From the NCBI GenBank assembly GCA_046735395.1, contig JBJKQR010000063.1, positions 1 through 64,000 on the forward strand: a DNA stretch of 64,000 nucleotides, written 5' to 3'. The translations under genes and the position numbers were made by a program. Source of the stretch: Fidelibacterota bacterium (lineage in GTDB: Bacteria; Fidelibacterota; Fidelibacteria; Fidelibacterales; DSDE01). Positions 20,465 through 30,319 of the stretch are shown in pieces. The notes under the pieces are model-generated. The model was not told the origin of the DNA and did no database searches. It was given only the letters and a program-made list of their open reading frames with translations. The first letter of the stretch is position 1, and each line of letters starts with the position of its first letter.

Positions 20465-21952
20465 TCATCGGCGCAGCAGCAGCTTTTTCCATGTGGAAGG
20501 ACGGCTCCATTTCAAAAGGCTCTGACGCATCCTCAGCAGTTCAATATCCTCGTAAAAACGAAGGAAAAAGAGGAAAGCGGGAAAAAGAGCCGCGATAAGA
20601 ATCTTCAGGGCAATCCCCGGCTCTTCCTTCAATCCGAGGAAATAAAAAGCTGCATACAACCCGCCTCCGGTCAGGATCAGTTTCAGCAGCTTGGAATATT
20701 CATAAGGGATGGGATATTTTGCTGTCGAATCCCGCAGTGTGAGGAAAAGCAGCAGGACAGAGGACAGAACTCCGGCCCAGACCGCGCCTGTACTGCTCCA
20801 GGTCCGGATGAAGATAACATTCAGAATGATGCTGACAGCCAGCGTAATCAGCGTTTCCCTCGCCAGGCTGGATGTTTCGCCGGAAACATACAGACCGAGC
20901 GAAGCAACCGCCCTCATACCGGCCGGAATATAGGCTATAATCATTACGGGAATCAGCGTTGCCGCCGGCCAGAAATCCTGATTTCTGCCGAAGAACCAGA
21001 GCAGTTCATGACTGAACAGCGATAAGATCAATCCGGCCCATACCAGCAGAAGCGTAAAGTAGGTCATCATCTTCGAATAATAGCGAAGAGCTCCCGGCTG
21101 TCCGTTCTTTTTAAACGCGATGGGCAGAAATCCCAGGGTGAAGCTCTGGATAAACACCATATTCAGAACACCTGCAATCCGGCCGGCCAGGTTGTAGAGA
21201 CCAACCTGCTCATAATTATCCATTGCCTTGAGAAAATAATTTCCGCCATTATTCAACAGCATGGCTGCCAGACTGCTGACGATCAGCGGAAGGCCGAAAC
21301 GAAGCGCCTGACGAAAAATGACAGGATCAAAACGGAGATCGATTTTCCGGAGCTGAAGAGGAATCAGCACCGCTGCGAGAAGCAGGTTTCCGGCCAGGCT
21401 TGCCATCAGCACACCGGCTACACCCATATTCCATTGCAGAATTAATAGGATGGTGAGTCCGAGGGTGACCATCAGCTTGGACAGTGTCGCCGTGATGTAG
21501 AGGAAACTCTTTTCCCGGGCCCGAACCGTACCCAGGAAAAATGTATTCAGCACGCTCACTCCCATAATCCAGCCGCTGAGTCGGAAATACCGTGTAAATT
21601 GCAGTTTATCATGAAAAAACATTGCCAGAACCGGAGCGGATACTTGAAAAAACAAGCCTGCGCCCACCGCAATCACGGCCATGACCGACAGATAGGTGAA
21701 CATCAGCGGATCGCCCTCCCTCTGCCTCTCGCCCGAGGGTGCATAGCGAAGATAGGCCTGCGGAAATCCGATCACCAGAACCTGCACTGCAATGGCCACA
21801 GTAATTTCAAAAATACTCAGAACACCGAAGTCCTCAAGGCTGAGCCTGCTCGTATACAGGGGAAGCAGGATCAATCCGGCCAGTTTGCCGCCCAGGTTGC
21901 CGAAACTGTAAACCAGAGAATGACGAAGTGTCTTTTTCAGATCATCAAGCAC
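20465..21952 (-). CDS. Wzx-like oligosaccharide flippase (MOP/PST family)
   Basis: About 12-14 TM; LILLPLYT...DFGVL, FGLPL and VGLYNLA are typical of Wzx. Confidence 0.85.
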   Translation of the reverse strand: MLDDLKKTLRHSLVYSFGNLGGKLAGLILLPLYTSRLSLEDFGVLSIFEITVAIAVQVLVIGFPQAYLRYAPSGERQREGDPLMFTYLSVMAVIAVGAGLFFQVSAPVLAMFFHDKLQFTRYFRLSGWIMGVSVLNTFFLGTVRAREKSFLYITATLSKLMVTLGLTILLILQWNMGVAGVLMASLAGNLLLAAVLIPLQLRKIDLRFDPVIFRQALRFGLPLIVSSLAAMLLNNGGNYFLKAMDNYEQVGLYNLAGRIAGVLNMVFIQSFTLGFLPIAFKKNGQPGALRYYSKMMTYFTLLLVWAGLILSLFSHELLWFFGRNQDFWPAATLIPVMIIAYIPAGMRAVASLGLYVSGETSSLARETLITLAVSIILNVIFIRTWSSTGAVWAGVLSSVLLLFLTLRDSTAKYPIPYEYSKLLKLILTGGGLYAAFYFLGLKEEPGIALKILIAALFPAFLFFLRFYEDIELLRMRQSLLKWSRPSTWKKLLLRR

Positions 21953-22727
21953 TGCGCCGGCCTTTTCCCCACTGATCCGGAAAGTCGTTGTCCAGGCTCA
22001 TTCTTTCCGACCAGGTGGCCGTGACGACCAGAGTGTCTCTCAGCAGCTGCAGCGTGAAAACGATCAGTTTTTTCATGAACTTGTGAAAGGGAAGAGCATT
22101 TTTCTGCATGAAGAGAACCTGATGTACATCCATTCCACCGTCAAAAAGGATTTTGCAGAGTGTGTAGGGCGTAAACCAGAACCGGTGGTCGCTGTTGATA
22201 ACCTCCCGGGACCGCAGAATATTCAGAAAATTATCCAGGCGAAAGGCATAGGGAACGGTCACAATGATGGCGTCGGCAATTCCGGAGAATTGACGGGACA
22301 GAGACCGGAGGAAGGCGACAGGATTTCCGATATGCTCCAGAACATCCGGAACCAGCAGAACATCAAAATGATCTTCAAGAATCTCCGGGGGAAGCGGATC
22401 CCGGGACACATCAACGCAGTACAGGTCGCTGATCCCGAATTTTTCCGTTACATAGGCCATCCCCACGGCATCTATGTCAATGCCCACACAGCGGGAAGCA
22501 GTCTGAAGCAGCCGGGCATGCAGCCAGGTTCCGTCACCGATTTTCTTTTCCACCAGGGGAAGATGATCCATAAATCCCATATGAATAATCCGTTTGCCGC
22601 GAACCGCCTCCATCAGGTACTCATCGCGGTTCAACTCCGCATTTCTTTCACCGGCCAGATTGATTCTCAATCCTTTATGGAATGCCGAACCCCGGATATA
22701 ATCCCGGATACTATCTGACAGCTGCAT
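21945..22727 (-). CDS. Class I SAM-dependent methyltransferase-like protein
   Basis: Motif I-like IIHMG, CVGIDID, FDVLLVPDVLEH, VTVP; ATG 22727 after GGAGGGGG. Confidence 0.7.
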   Translation of the reverse strand: MQLSDSIRDYIRGSAFHKGLRINLAGERNAELNRDEYLMEAVRGKRIIHMGFMDHLPLVEKKIGDGTWLHARLLQTASRCVGIDIDAVGMAYVTEKFGISDLYCVDVSRDPLPPEILEDHFDVLLVPDVLEHIGNPVAFLRSLSRQFSGIADAIIVTVPYAFRLDNFLNILRSREVINSDHRFWFTPYTLCKILFDGGMDVHQVLFMQKNALPFHKFMKKLIVFTLQLLRDTLVVTATWSERMSLDNDFPDQWGKGRRSA

Positions 22728-22737
22728 TGCCCCCTCC

Positions 22738-22759
22738 ACCTGAAATTTCAGGTATTATA
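22738..22759 (-). promoter_or_regulatory. Perfect -10 box TATAAT next to a 16-bp palindrome (candidate operator)
   Basis: Minus-strand TATAAT at 22754-22759; ACCTGAAATTTCAGGT at 22738-22753. Confidence 0.55.
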
Positions 22760-22925
22760 CTCAAATTCCCCTGAATCTCATATGGAATTCATCCCTGCAG
22801 ATCCGGAATTTTTCACAACTGTCAAATCCTGCCGTCCAATAAGCTATAGAATATGAAAGCTCAAATAAATAAATTACAGCAATGCTGAAGAAAACAGATC
22901 GTAGATCACAAATAATGGAAACCCT

Positions 22926-23909
22926 ATGAAGAATATTGTTGTGACCGGGGCAGCAGGCTTTATCGGAAGTCATCTGACTGAAACTCTCGTAAAAATGGGA
23001 ATGAAGGTAAAAGCCTATGTACATTACAATTCAAATGGAAACACGGGAAATCTCCGTTTTTTACCGGCCGAAATTCAGAATGAGGTTGAAATCGTTTTCG
23101 GAAACATAGAAGATCCCTTTTCCGTCGAAAAGCTCATTCAGGGTGCGGACACGGTCCTTCACCTGGCTGCACTGATTGCCATCCCCTACTCCTATACTGC
23201 TCCCGGCAGTTATGTCAGCACAAATATCAGCGGGACTCTCAACGTGCTGGAGGCATGTAAAAAGTATGACGTGAGCAAGATGGTGCATACATCCACCAGT
23301 GAAACCTACGGTACCGCCCAATATACTCCCATCGATGAAAAGCATCCCATGCAGGGCCAGTCACCCTATTCAGCCAGCAAAATCGGGGCGGACAAAATAG
23401 CGGAGAGCTATTACCGATCCTTCAGCCTGCCTGTGGCCACCATCCGTCCCTTCAATACCTACGGACCCCGTCAATCCGCCCGAGCAGTCATTCCCACCAT
23501 CATCAGCCAATTGCTGCAGAATACGGATAAACAGTTAAAATTAGGCGCTCTCACTCCGGTTCGGGACTTTAATTTTGTATCCGATACCGTGAACGGATTT
23601 ATCCGGATTGCTGAAAATGAAAAATCCGTGGGAGAAGTCATCAATATCGGTTCCGGAAAAGGAATTACAATCGGTGAAACTGCCCAGAAACTGATTGAGA
23701 TGATAGATCCGGAATTTGAAATAAAACTGGACAGCATCCGGAAACGGCCGGAAAAAAGCGAAGTTTTCGAATTACTCTGTGACAATACGAAGGCAAGGGA
23801 ATTGCTCGGCTGGAAACCGCTCACCTCTCTTGATGAGGGCCTGAAACAAAGCATCGAATATATCCGGAACCATCCCGATTTCATTAATTCAACAATTTAT
23901 AATATTTAG
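22926..23909 (+). CDS. NDP-sugar 4,6-dehydratase, LegB-like SDR
   Basis: TGAAGFIGS, HLAALIAIPYSY, TSTSETYG, QSPYSASK, RPFNTYGPRQSARAVIP. Confidence 0.88.
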   Translation: MKNIVVTGAAGFIGSHLTETLVKMGMKVKAYVHYNSNGNTGNLRFLPAEIQNEVEIVFGNIEDPFSVEKLIQGADTVLHLAALIAIPYSYTAPGSYVSTNISGTLNVLEACKKYDVSKMVHTSTSETYGTAQYTPIDEKHPMQGQSPYSASKIGADKIAESYYRSFSLPVATIRPFNTYGPRQSARAVIPTIISQLLQNTDKQLKLGALTPVRDFNFVSDTVNGFIRIAENEKSVGEVINIGSGKGITIGETAQKLIEMIDPEFEIKLDSIRKRPEKSEVFELLCDNTKARELLGWKPLTSLDEGLKQSIEYIRNHPDFINSTIYNI

Positions 23910-23920
23910 GGAAGACAGGC

Positions 23921-24634
23921 ATGCAGGTATTCATTTTAGCAGGCGGCAGGGGTACCCGGCTGAAACCGTACACCATAACCCTCCCCAAGCCGCTCGTACC
24001 TGTCGGGGATTATCCCATTCTGGAACTGATTATCAGACAGTTGAAAACACATGATTTCAAGGAGTTTGTATTCGCCGTCGGCCACCACGCCCAATTAATT
24101 CAAAGTTATTTCGGCAGGGGTGAAAAACTGGATGTGGACATCCGCTATTCATTGGAGGAAAAGCCACTGGGAACAGCCGGCCCCCTCTCACTGATCGACG
24201 GTTTTCAGGATAATTTTCTGGTCATGAATGCCGATGACCTGACAAATCTGGATTACAGTGCCTTTTTCCGATATCATATTGATAACAAAGCGGATATAAC
24301 AATTGCCACATACAAGAAAACACAGAAGGTGGATCTGGGCGTTCTGCAGCTGGATGAGAATGGCCTTCTGACCGATTATATAGAAAAACCGACCTACGAC
24401 TTCAATGTCAGCATGGGTATTTATGCCTTCAATAAAAGTGTTCTTCAGTATATTCCGAAAAATGAATATTTCGATTTCCCGTCATTGATTAAAGTTCTGC
24501 TTCAGAAAAATAAAAAGATCCTCAGCTACGGACATGAGGGAATTTGGCTTGATATCGGCAGGCCGGAAGATTATGAAAAAGCCATCAGCGTCTTCAGCGA
24601 AAACCCGGACAAATTCATAGGATCCGATCTGTGA
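23921..24634 (+). CDS. Sugar-1-phosphate nucleotidyltransferase (guanylyltransferase-like)
   Basis: LAGGRGTRL.P.T..PKPL, PLGTAG, EKP, WLDIG. Confidence 0.88.
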   Translation: MQVFILAGGRGTRLKPYTITLPKPLVPVGDYPILELIIRQLKTHDFKEFVFAVGHHAQLIQSYFGRGEKLDVDIRYSLEEKPLGTAGPLSLIDGFQDNFLVMNADDLTNLDYSAFFRYHIDNKADITIATYKKTQKVDLGVLQLDENGLLTDYIEKPTYDFNVSMGIYAFNKSVLQYIPKNEYFDFPSLIKVLLQKNKKILSYGHEGIWLDIGRPEDYEKAISVFSENPDKFIGSDL

Positions 24635-25545
24635 CCAAAGTTCTCATCACAGGAGCGAATGGCTATACCGCTCAATTTATGAGACAGTACCTGCAGAATT
24701 CCGGTACTGCGGAAGTCCTGTGTACGGATATGAATTCAAATAAGGGATTGATTGATTACCGCATTGATCTGACGGAATTTGCAGATGTTCACCGGATTAT
24801 AAATAAAGAACGGCCGGACATCATTATCCATCTGGCCGGACTGAACCGGTCCCCCTCCTTCAAAGATTTTTACCGGGGAAATGTTTATCCCGTCATCAAT
24901 ATTCTGGAAAGTATAATTCAGGCGGATTTACCGGATACGCGCATTCTGACCATCAGTTCAGCAGCGGTTTATGGCAGAAATTCCGATCTGATCAGCGAAA
25001 CAGCACCCACGAGCCCTGTGAATTGGTACGGGAGCAGCAAAGTTGCCATGGAAGCGGTCTGCAGGCAGTATGTAAACAGTCACGATCTGAAAATCAGCAT
25101 CGCCAGAACCTTTAACATTCTCGGACCGGATCAGCCTGCGGACTTTGCCGTTGCATCCTTCGCGGATCAATTGACCCGGATCGGCCGGGGACTGGCGCCG
25201 AATACCCTGTCCACAGGTAATCTGGACACATTCCGTGATTTCATTGATATCCGGGATGTGGTAAGTGCCTACTGGACCATCATCAACTCCAACGAGAGCT
25301 GCGGCACCTTTAATGTGGCCACGGGGCAGGCAGTCAGAATCCGTTCGGTACTGGACAGGTTAATTGAAATTTCTGGACTGCAGGTAAATATCGTACAGGA
25401 TGAAAGCCGGATCAGAAAGAACGATATTCTGGTTCAGGATATTGATAATTCAAAACTGAAAAGCCTGGGATGGTCGAGACAATTTTCCCTGGATCAGACC
25501 TTAAACGATCTGATGGCATCATTTAATGCGCGTTATCCGGCCTGA
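24631..25545 (+). CDS. Rmd-like NDP-4-keto-6-deoxyhexose reductase (SDR)
   Basis: TGANGYTA, SSAAVYG, YGSSK, RTFN..GP.Q, GNL..FRDFIDIRDVV. Confidence 0.75.
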   Translation: MTKVLITGANGYTAQFMRQYLQNSGTAEVLCTDMNSNKGLIDYRIDLTEFADVHRIINKERPDIIIHLAGLNRSPSFKDFYRGNVYPVINILESIIQADLPDTRILTISSAAVYGRNSDLISETAPTSPVNWYGSSKVAMEAVCRQYVNSHDLKISIARTFNILGPDQPADFAVASFADQLTRIGRGLAPNTLSTGNLDTFRDFIDIRDVVSAYWTIINSNESCGTFNVATGQAVRIRSVLDRLIEISGLQVNIVQDESRIRKNDILVQDIDNSKLKSLGWSRQFSLDQTLNDLMASFNARYPA

Positions 25546-26600
25546 TCGCCGGATGCCCCGACTTTATAATTTTCATCAACAAGATTCCGGATAAAGTCAT
25601 CTCTCTTTGAAAGGCTGAAGGTGCTTTTCACTTCCCGGGAAATCGCTTCCGGAGAATAACTGGTCATTTCAAGTGCCTTGCGGAGCTGCGCTTCCGCTTC
25701 GTCGGCCGATTTTTGCCTGACTAAATATCCGTATTTTTCCGTCAGGGCCGTCATCCCCGAGACAGCGGACGTTACAGGAATGCAACCGGAAGCCAGAGCT
25801 TCTATGACAACTGTCGGCAACCCCTCATACAGGGAAAAAAGGGCGAAAACCTTTGATCTTGAATAAAGATCTATCAGATCCTCCTGATCCAGAAAACTGT
25901 AGCTGGTAACATTTTCCGGAAGCGCGGATTTTTCCTTCATGGAGTCGGAAAGTCCCACAATGACAAACTGAATTTCCGGCATGCGGGCCGCCACCTCCAG
26001 AAGCAGATCAAGGCCTTTCAGCATCATTCTCTTCTTCGTTCTGGCTACAGCAACCGTCAGAACCATGTTCTCCTTCGGCCCCACCCGCCAGCTGTCCCGG
26101 ATTGATGTGGGAAATACGGTATAATCAAATTTGCTGTTGACCAGTGTCGTCACACCGCTTTCAATTCGCTCATCCGGCAAAAATTTATTTTCATTATGGA
26201 TAAGGCATTTGTCAACCGGTAACAGCCTATGAGCATATTTCATGCTGTTTACGACAAAATATTTCCGTATCCCCAGCGGTCCGTAAATATTCCCGATTCT
26301 GTATTTTTCGATATACTGACAGTCGCTCCCGCCCAATACGAGGTAAGTCTTAATCCCGAAAATTTTCCCGAACGCAATGGGCAGAAAGGAATGATAATCG
26401 GCGAACCAGATATAGATCAGATCACTGCCCGGCCCATTGACAAGAAGGAACAGGAATTGTCTGAAAATGTTCTTCAAAGCCCGGAAGAATGTGTCTGCCC
26501 TGAATTCAAAGTTCCTGACTCGGGAATACTTTTGAAACAGCTCTCTGTCAATTCTGACAAAAGATGAATCTGATGGAAAAATGAAAAGAACTTTCTTCAA
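25533..26600 (-). CDS. Glycosyltransferase family 4 (GT-B)
   Basis: KGLD and EGLPTVVIEALASG (EX7E); overlaps the reductase stop convergently. Confidence 0.85.
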   Translation of the reverse strand: MKKVLFIFPSDSSFVRIDRELFQKYSRVRNFEFRADTFFRALKNIFRQFLFLLVNGPGSDLIYIWFADYHSFLPIAFGKIFGIKTYLVLGGSDCQYIEKYRIGNIYGPLGIRKYFVVNSMKYAHRLLPVDKCLIHNENKFLPDERIESGVTTLVNSKFDYTVFPTSIRDSWRVGPKENMVLTVAVARTKKRMMLKGLDLLLEVAARMPEIQFVIVGLSDSMKEKSALPENVTSYSFLDQEDLIDLYSRSKVFALFSLYEGLPTVVIEALASGCIPVTSAVSGMTALTEKYGYLVRQKSADEAEAQLRKALEMTSYSPEAISREVKSTFSLSKRDDFIRNLVDENYKVGASGDQAG

Positions 26601-26708
26601 ATTAGACCTTCTGACAATGAGGTTGATTCGTTTTTTTATTTCTGGCCCTTCAAACTTCAGCAGTATAATCTTCGTTTCTGAAAAACCCGGTTTACCGCTC
26701 TCAGAATC

Positions 26709-27464
26709 TCATTTCTGTTCCAGCAATCCGAAGAGCACATGCCACAGATCCATGAAATCCGGTGTCTCCGGTTCCCGCGGATAGGTCATGGCATTCTTTT
26801 CCAGATGAAGGATTTTTGAGGGACGGTGAGAGAGCACCATGATGGACGATCCGAGCAGAATGGCTTCCTGAACATTGTGCGTAATGAACAGGATGGTCGT
26901 CCGGAATTCCTGCCACAGCTGAACGAGTTCCTTCTGCAGGATGCGCCGTGTCTGGGCGTCCAGCGCTCCGAAGGGTTCATCCATCAGCAGAATGTCCGGA
27001 TTCAGGGCCAGAGACCGGGCAATGGCCACACGCTGGCGCATGCCGCCGGACAGCTGATTCGGGTATGCATCCCGGAACTGGCTGAGATGAACGAGATCCA
27101 GAAATTTTTCAGCAATTTCCTGCCGTTCCGCCTGCGATGCGCCCACTCTGTTCAGTTTCAGCGGATATACGATATTCTGCAGAACCGTCTTCCAGGGAAA
27201 GAGCTGATTGAAATCCTGAAACACCATGAGCCGATCGGGGCCAATCCCGGAAATCGGAGTCCCGTTCACCCGGATATCCCCGGAGTCCGGATTTTCAATA
27301 CCCGAGATGCAGCGGATCAGCGTACTCTTTCCACAGCCGCTGGGGCCCAGAATGGTTAGGAAGCCCCCTTTCTCCAGGTTGAAATTGATGTTATTCAGTA
27401 CATTCAGTTTTTCGCCGTTCAGCAGATAGGATTTATTGAGTCCCGATACGGTCAGTCCTTCCAT
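26709..27464 (-). CDS. NitT/TauT-family ABC transporter ATP-binding protein
   Basis: GPSGCGKST, LSGGMRQR, LLMDEPFGALD; start at the TAATG overlap at 27464. Confidence 0.92.
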   Translation of the reverse strand: MEGLTVSGLNKSYLLNGEKLNVLNNINFNLEKGGFLTILGPSGCGKSTLIRCISGIENPDSGDIRVNGTPISGIGPDRLMVFQDFNQLFPWKTVLQNIVYPLKLNRVGASQAERQEIAEKFLDLVHLSQFRDAYPNQLSGGMRQRVAIARSLALNPDILLMDEPFGALDAQTRRILQKELVQLWQEFRTTILFITHNVQEAILLGSSIMVLSHRPSKILHLEKNAMTYPREPETPDFMDLWHVLFGLLEQK

Positions 27465-28267
27465 TATGCGCTCATCCCCCATTTTCTCACCGTATTTTTC
27501 TCAAGCAGGTTGAGAATGAGCTCATCCATAATGATTCCGATGATGATCACGGCCACCAGGCCTGCAAAGACACTGGGGATTTCCATGAAATAGCGTGTCT
27601 TGTAAATGTACCAGCCGATTCCGCCGACCATACCGGCCGCTCCGAATACCATTTCAGCAGATACCAGCGCGCGCCAGCTGCGGGCCCACGCGATCTTTAT
27701 TCCGGAGAGAATGTAGGGAAAGGCATTCGGTACCATAACCGACCAGACCAGTCTCACACCCTTCAGCCCCAGATTCCGCCCCAGCTCGATCTGTATTTTC
27801 GGTATGGATCGAAATCCGGCCAGGCTGTTCACGATGAGTGGCCAGAGAATGGAATGGACAATGATAATGATAATCGCCTGGGTTCCCAGCCCGAAAAGCA
27901 GCATTACAATGGGCAGCATGGCTATTCCCGGCAGCGGATGCATGATGGATATCACCACCTCCAGAATGGCCTCCGTGGTCTTGGAAACCATGGCAAGAGC
28001 CGTCAGGCCGAAGGCAAGAATCATCCCGATGGTGATCCCGGTAAAAATCATGTAAAGGCTGTAGCGGACATTTTTCAGGAGATCACCGTGAATTGAATTT
28101 GTCCACAGTGCTTTCATGACGCTGTGAAAGGGCGGCAGAAGCTGACTGCCGCTCAGGGTAGGCCCGATTTCCCAGAGGAGAATAACCAGAATCAGAAAAC
28201 TGCTCTTGATAATCCGGATCCGGATCCGGTCCTGCCGGGCCTGAATGGTTTGAACATCATTTGCCAT
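27464..28267 (-). CDS. NitT/TauT-family ABC transporter permease
   Basis: Multiple TM; HPLPGIA and W.ALVSAEM are typical of TauC/SsuC. Confidence 0.9.
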   Translation of the reverse strand: MANDVQTIQARQDRIRIRIIKSSFLILVILLWEIGPTLSGSQLLPPFHSVMKALWTNSIHGDLLKNVRYSLYMIFTGITIGMILAFGLTALAMVSKTTEAILEVVISIMHPLPGIAMLPIVMLLFGLGTQAIIIIIVHSILWPLIVNSLAGFRSIPKIQIELGRNLGLKGVRLVWSVMVPNAFPYILSGIKIAWARSWRALVSAEMVFGAAGMVGGIGWYIYKTRYFMEIPSVFAGLVAVIIIGIIMDELILNLLEKNTVRKWGMSA

Positions 28268-28269
28268 AT

Positions 28270-29223
28270 TTACTGCCACATCAGGTCTTTAACGGAATCC
28301 GTATTTTTCTCCACATAACCTGCATTATTCATAAAATCCAGGAATTTCAGAAGTCCTTTCGGTTCACCGCCGAAGGAAACGCCGCCCCAGTTGAGGTACT
28401 TGATCACAGTACTCCGGTCCAGTTTCAGTTCCGAAGCCAGAATGTCGACAACCGGATCTGAGCCTTCATTGACCAGATCAATGGCTTCCAGAAGAGCTTT
28501 GCGAAATGCGGTGAAGAGTTTGGGATTCCGTGCTTTCAGTTTCCCGGTCGCGGCAGTTACGAGAAAGGTAAAATCTCCGCCGAAGGCATCCCTGGAGGCA
28601 TTGACGACCTGGTGAATACCGGGCGCCTCCAGTTCCTTGAAAATAAAGGGCGGGCTCGTAAAATGTCCGGTGATCTCCACTTTGTTCAGAAGGGCATTCA
28701 CACCGTCCGGATGGGCCATGGCAATGATGCGGTCATCCAGGGCCTTGGGATTACCCAGCTGCTTTTCCGCCGCCATGGAAAGAAGAATATGCTGAATGCT
28801 GCCCGGACTGGGAAGGGCGATCTTCATATCCGGTGTAAAATCCGCCAGCGTCTTCACATCAGGATTATTTGTCTGCAGCCCCAGCGGCATTTCACAGAGA
28901 GGTGTGAGAATCTTGAAATCATAGCCCTTGGCCCAGGCAATGAGAAAAGGCGGAACTCCCATGGAACCGATATCAATGCTACCGGCAGCCATTCCCTCAC
29001 GGATGGCGCCGCCGCTTCCGAGCTGAACCCACTCAACTTCCGCATCGGGATAATATTTTTTCAGAAGATCCATTTTTTCCATGATCATCAGCGGAGCATA
29101 GCCGAGGCCGAACTGCTTGGCGATGACAATGCGATTATCAGATGTCTTGCCGCAGGCCGACATCATCAGCAATGAAATCAACAGAATAAGTATGGAGCCC
29201 CTGGCACCGGTTAATCGTGACAT
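28270..29223 (-). CDS. NitT/TauT-family ABC substrate-binding lipoprotein
   Basis: Lipobox MSAC; QFGLGYAPL, IALPSPGSIQH; ATG 29223 with GGAGG SD. Confidence 0.88.
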   Translation of the reverse strand: MSRLTGARGSILILLISLLMMSACGKTSDNRIVIAKQFGLGYAPLMIMEKMDLLKKYYPDAEVEWVQLGSGGAIREGMAAGSIDIGSMGVPPFLIAWAKGYDFKILTPLCEMPLGLQTNNPDVKTLADFTPDMKIALPSPGSIQHILLSMAAEKQLGNPKALDDRIIAMAHPDGVNALLNKVEITGHFTSPPFIFKELEAPGIHQVVNASRDAFGGDFTFLVTAATGKLKARNPKLFTAFRKALLEAIDLVNEGSDPVVDILASELKLDRSTVIKYLNWGGVSFGGEPKGLLKFLDFMNNAGYVEKNTDSVKDLMWQ

Positions 29224-29266
29224 TTCTACCTCCCGTTTTCTTTTTCCTGCCTGATTCAGGACTGCT

Positions 29267-30319
29267 TCAGACCCGATATTCTCCTCCGTCATAGAAAATC
29301 TGATCATAATAGCGGATCGTTTTCCGTGTCGACCGGATCAGGGTCTGCTGAGCCATCAGCTGCTCCCGTGTGATATCACCGAGAATATAATCAACCGCCA
29401 GGCGCGGAATATTGACATTTTCCTGATGAACAAAGGTGGAAACCCGCGGGTTTATCTCCATGAGTTTGCCGCCCTTGAACTGAATATTGATAAAATAATC
29501 ATAGTCTAATATACGGATAATTTCTTTTGCCATTTCCTGAAATTCAGGATTGCCCACCATCTGAAAATACATGGCCAGACCCGCTCTCATCTTTTCCCTT
29601 GTCTTGGTGAAACCCAGCAGAATCTCGCCCTTTTCACAGAAGGCATCGTAGGTCACTTCCTCCCCTTCCATGAATTCGCAGACAAGCAGGTCGGGAAAAC
29701 GGGCGCTGCGTGACAGAATTTCGTAGGAATCCTCCAGCGTCATGGTGCTTTCCTCAATGCGTTTTCCCAACAGGGATCCCAGTGGATCGCGGTCTTCGGC
29801 CAGGATCCGGAACCCACGTGAGCCCTTGCTCACAGCGGGTTTGAAGCACAGCTTGCGTTTCGGATATCCCAGATCCAGGGCCGCCTGCCGGAATTCGTCC
29901 GCTGTCTGCACCGAGATGACATCCGGCAGTTTTATGGAGCTTCCGGCAAAAGCCCGGTACATCAGCGCCTTGTCATCACAGGGCTGGACGCTGTCCTGAC
30001 GGGCCATCAGCAGAGGCCGGCCACCGGCATAATCTGATTTATAATAGGGTGACAGGGCCATTACATCCGATGAACTCTGGGGAAACAGCAGGTCCACATC
30101 ATAGCGTTCAGCAAGGTCAGCCAGAACATCAGGGTAGGATGGGTCGCTGCCGGCCGGAACGGTATGAAAGGCGTCGCAGAATGTCTTTCCGGCTGCCTCC
30201 GGGTTCATATCGGTTCCGATGATCTCCACTTCCGCGTCTTCCCTGTCCTTCAGGGCGTGAATCATGGTGATGGCACCGGGACAGCCTACCGTTGTCAGTA
30301 AAATTTTTATCTTTCTCAT
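29267..30319 (-). CDS. ATP-grasp ligase (carbamoyl-phosphate-synthase-like/PylC-like)
   Basis: IIGTDM, CDDK, FKPAVSKGSRGF, EFMEGEE, NIQF, MEINPR. Confidence 0.85.
   Translation of the reverse strand: MRKIKILLTTVGCPGAITMIHALKDREDAEVEIIGTDMNPEAAGKTFCDAFHTVPAGSDPSYPDVLADLAERYDVDLLFPQSSSDVMALSPYYKSDYAGGRPLLMARQDSVQPCDDKALMYRAFAGSSIKLPDVISVQTADEFRQAALDLGYPKRKLCFKPAVSKGSRGFRILAEDRDPLGSLLGKRIEESTMTLEDSYEILSRSARFPDLLVCEFMEGEEVTYDAFCEKGEILLGFTKTREKMRAGLAMYFQMVGNPEFQEMAKEIIRILDYDYFINIQFKGGKLMEINPRVSTFVHQENVNIPRLAVDYILGDITREQLMAQQTLIRSTRKTIRYYDQIFYDGGEYRV

Noticed and set aside
22926..24634. Legionaminic/sialic acid pathway
   Set aside because: No aminotransferase, NeuB, NeuC or NeuA in the window, so no legB symbol was assigned.
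28213..28230. Short TCCGGA tandem repeat
   Set aside because: Only about three units, encoding RIRIRI in the permease; too short to call a contingency locus.
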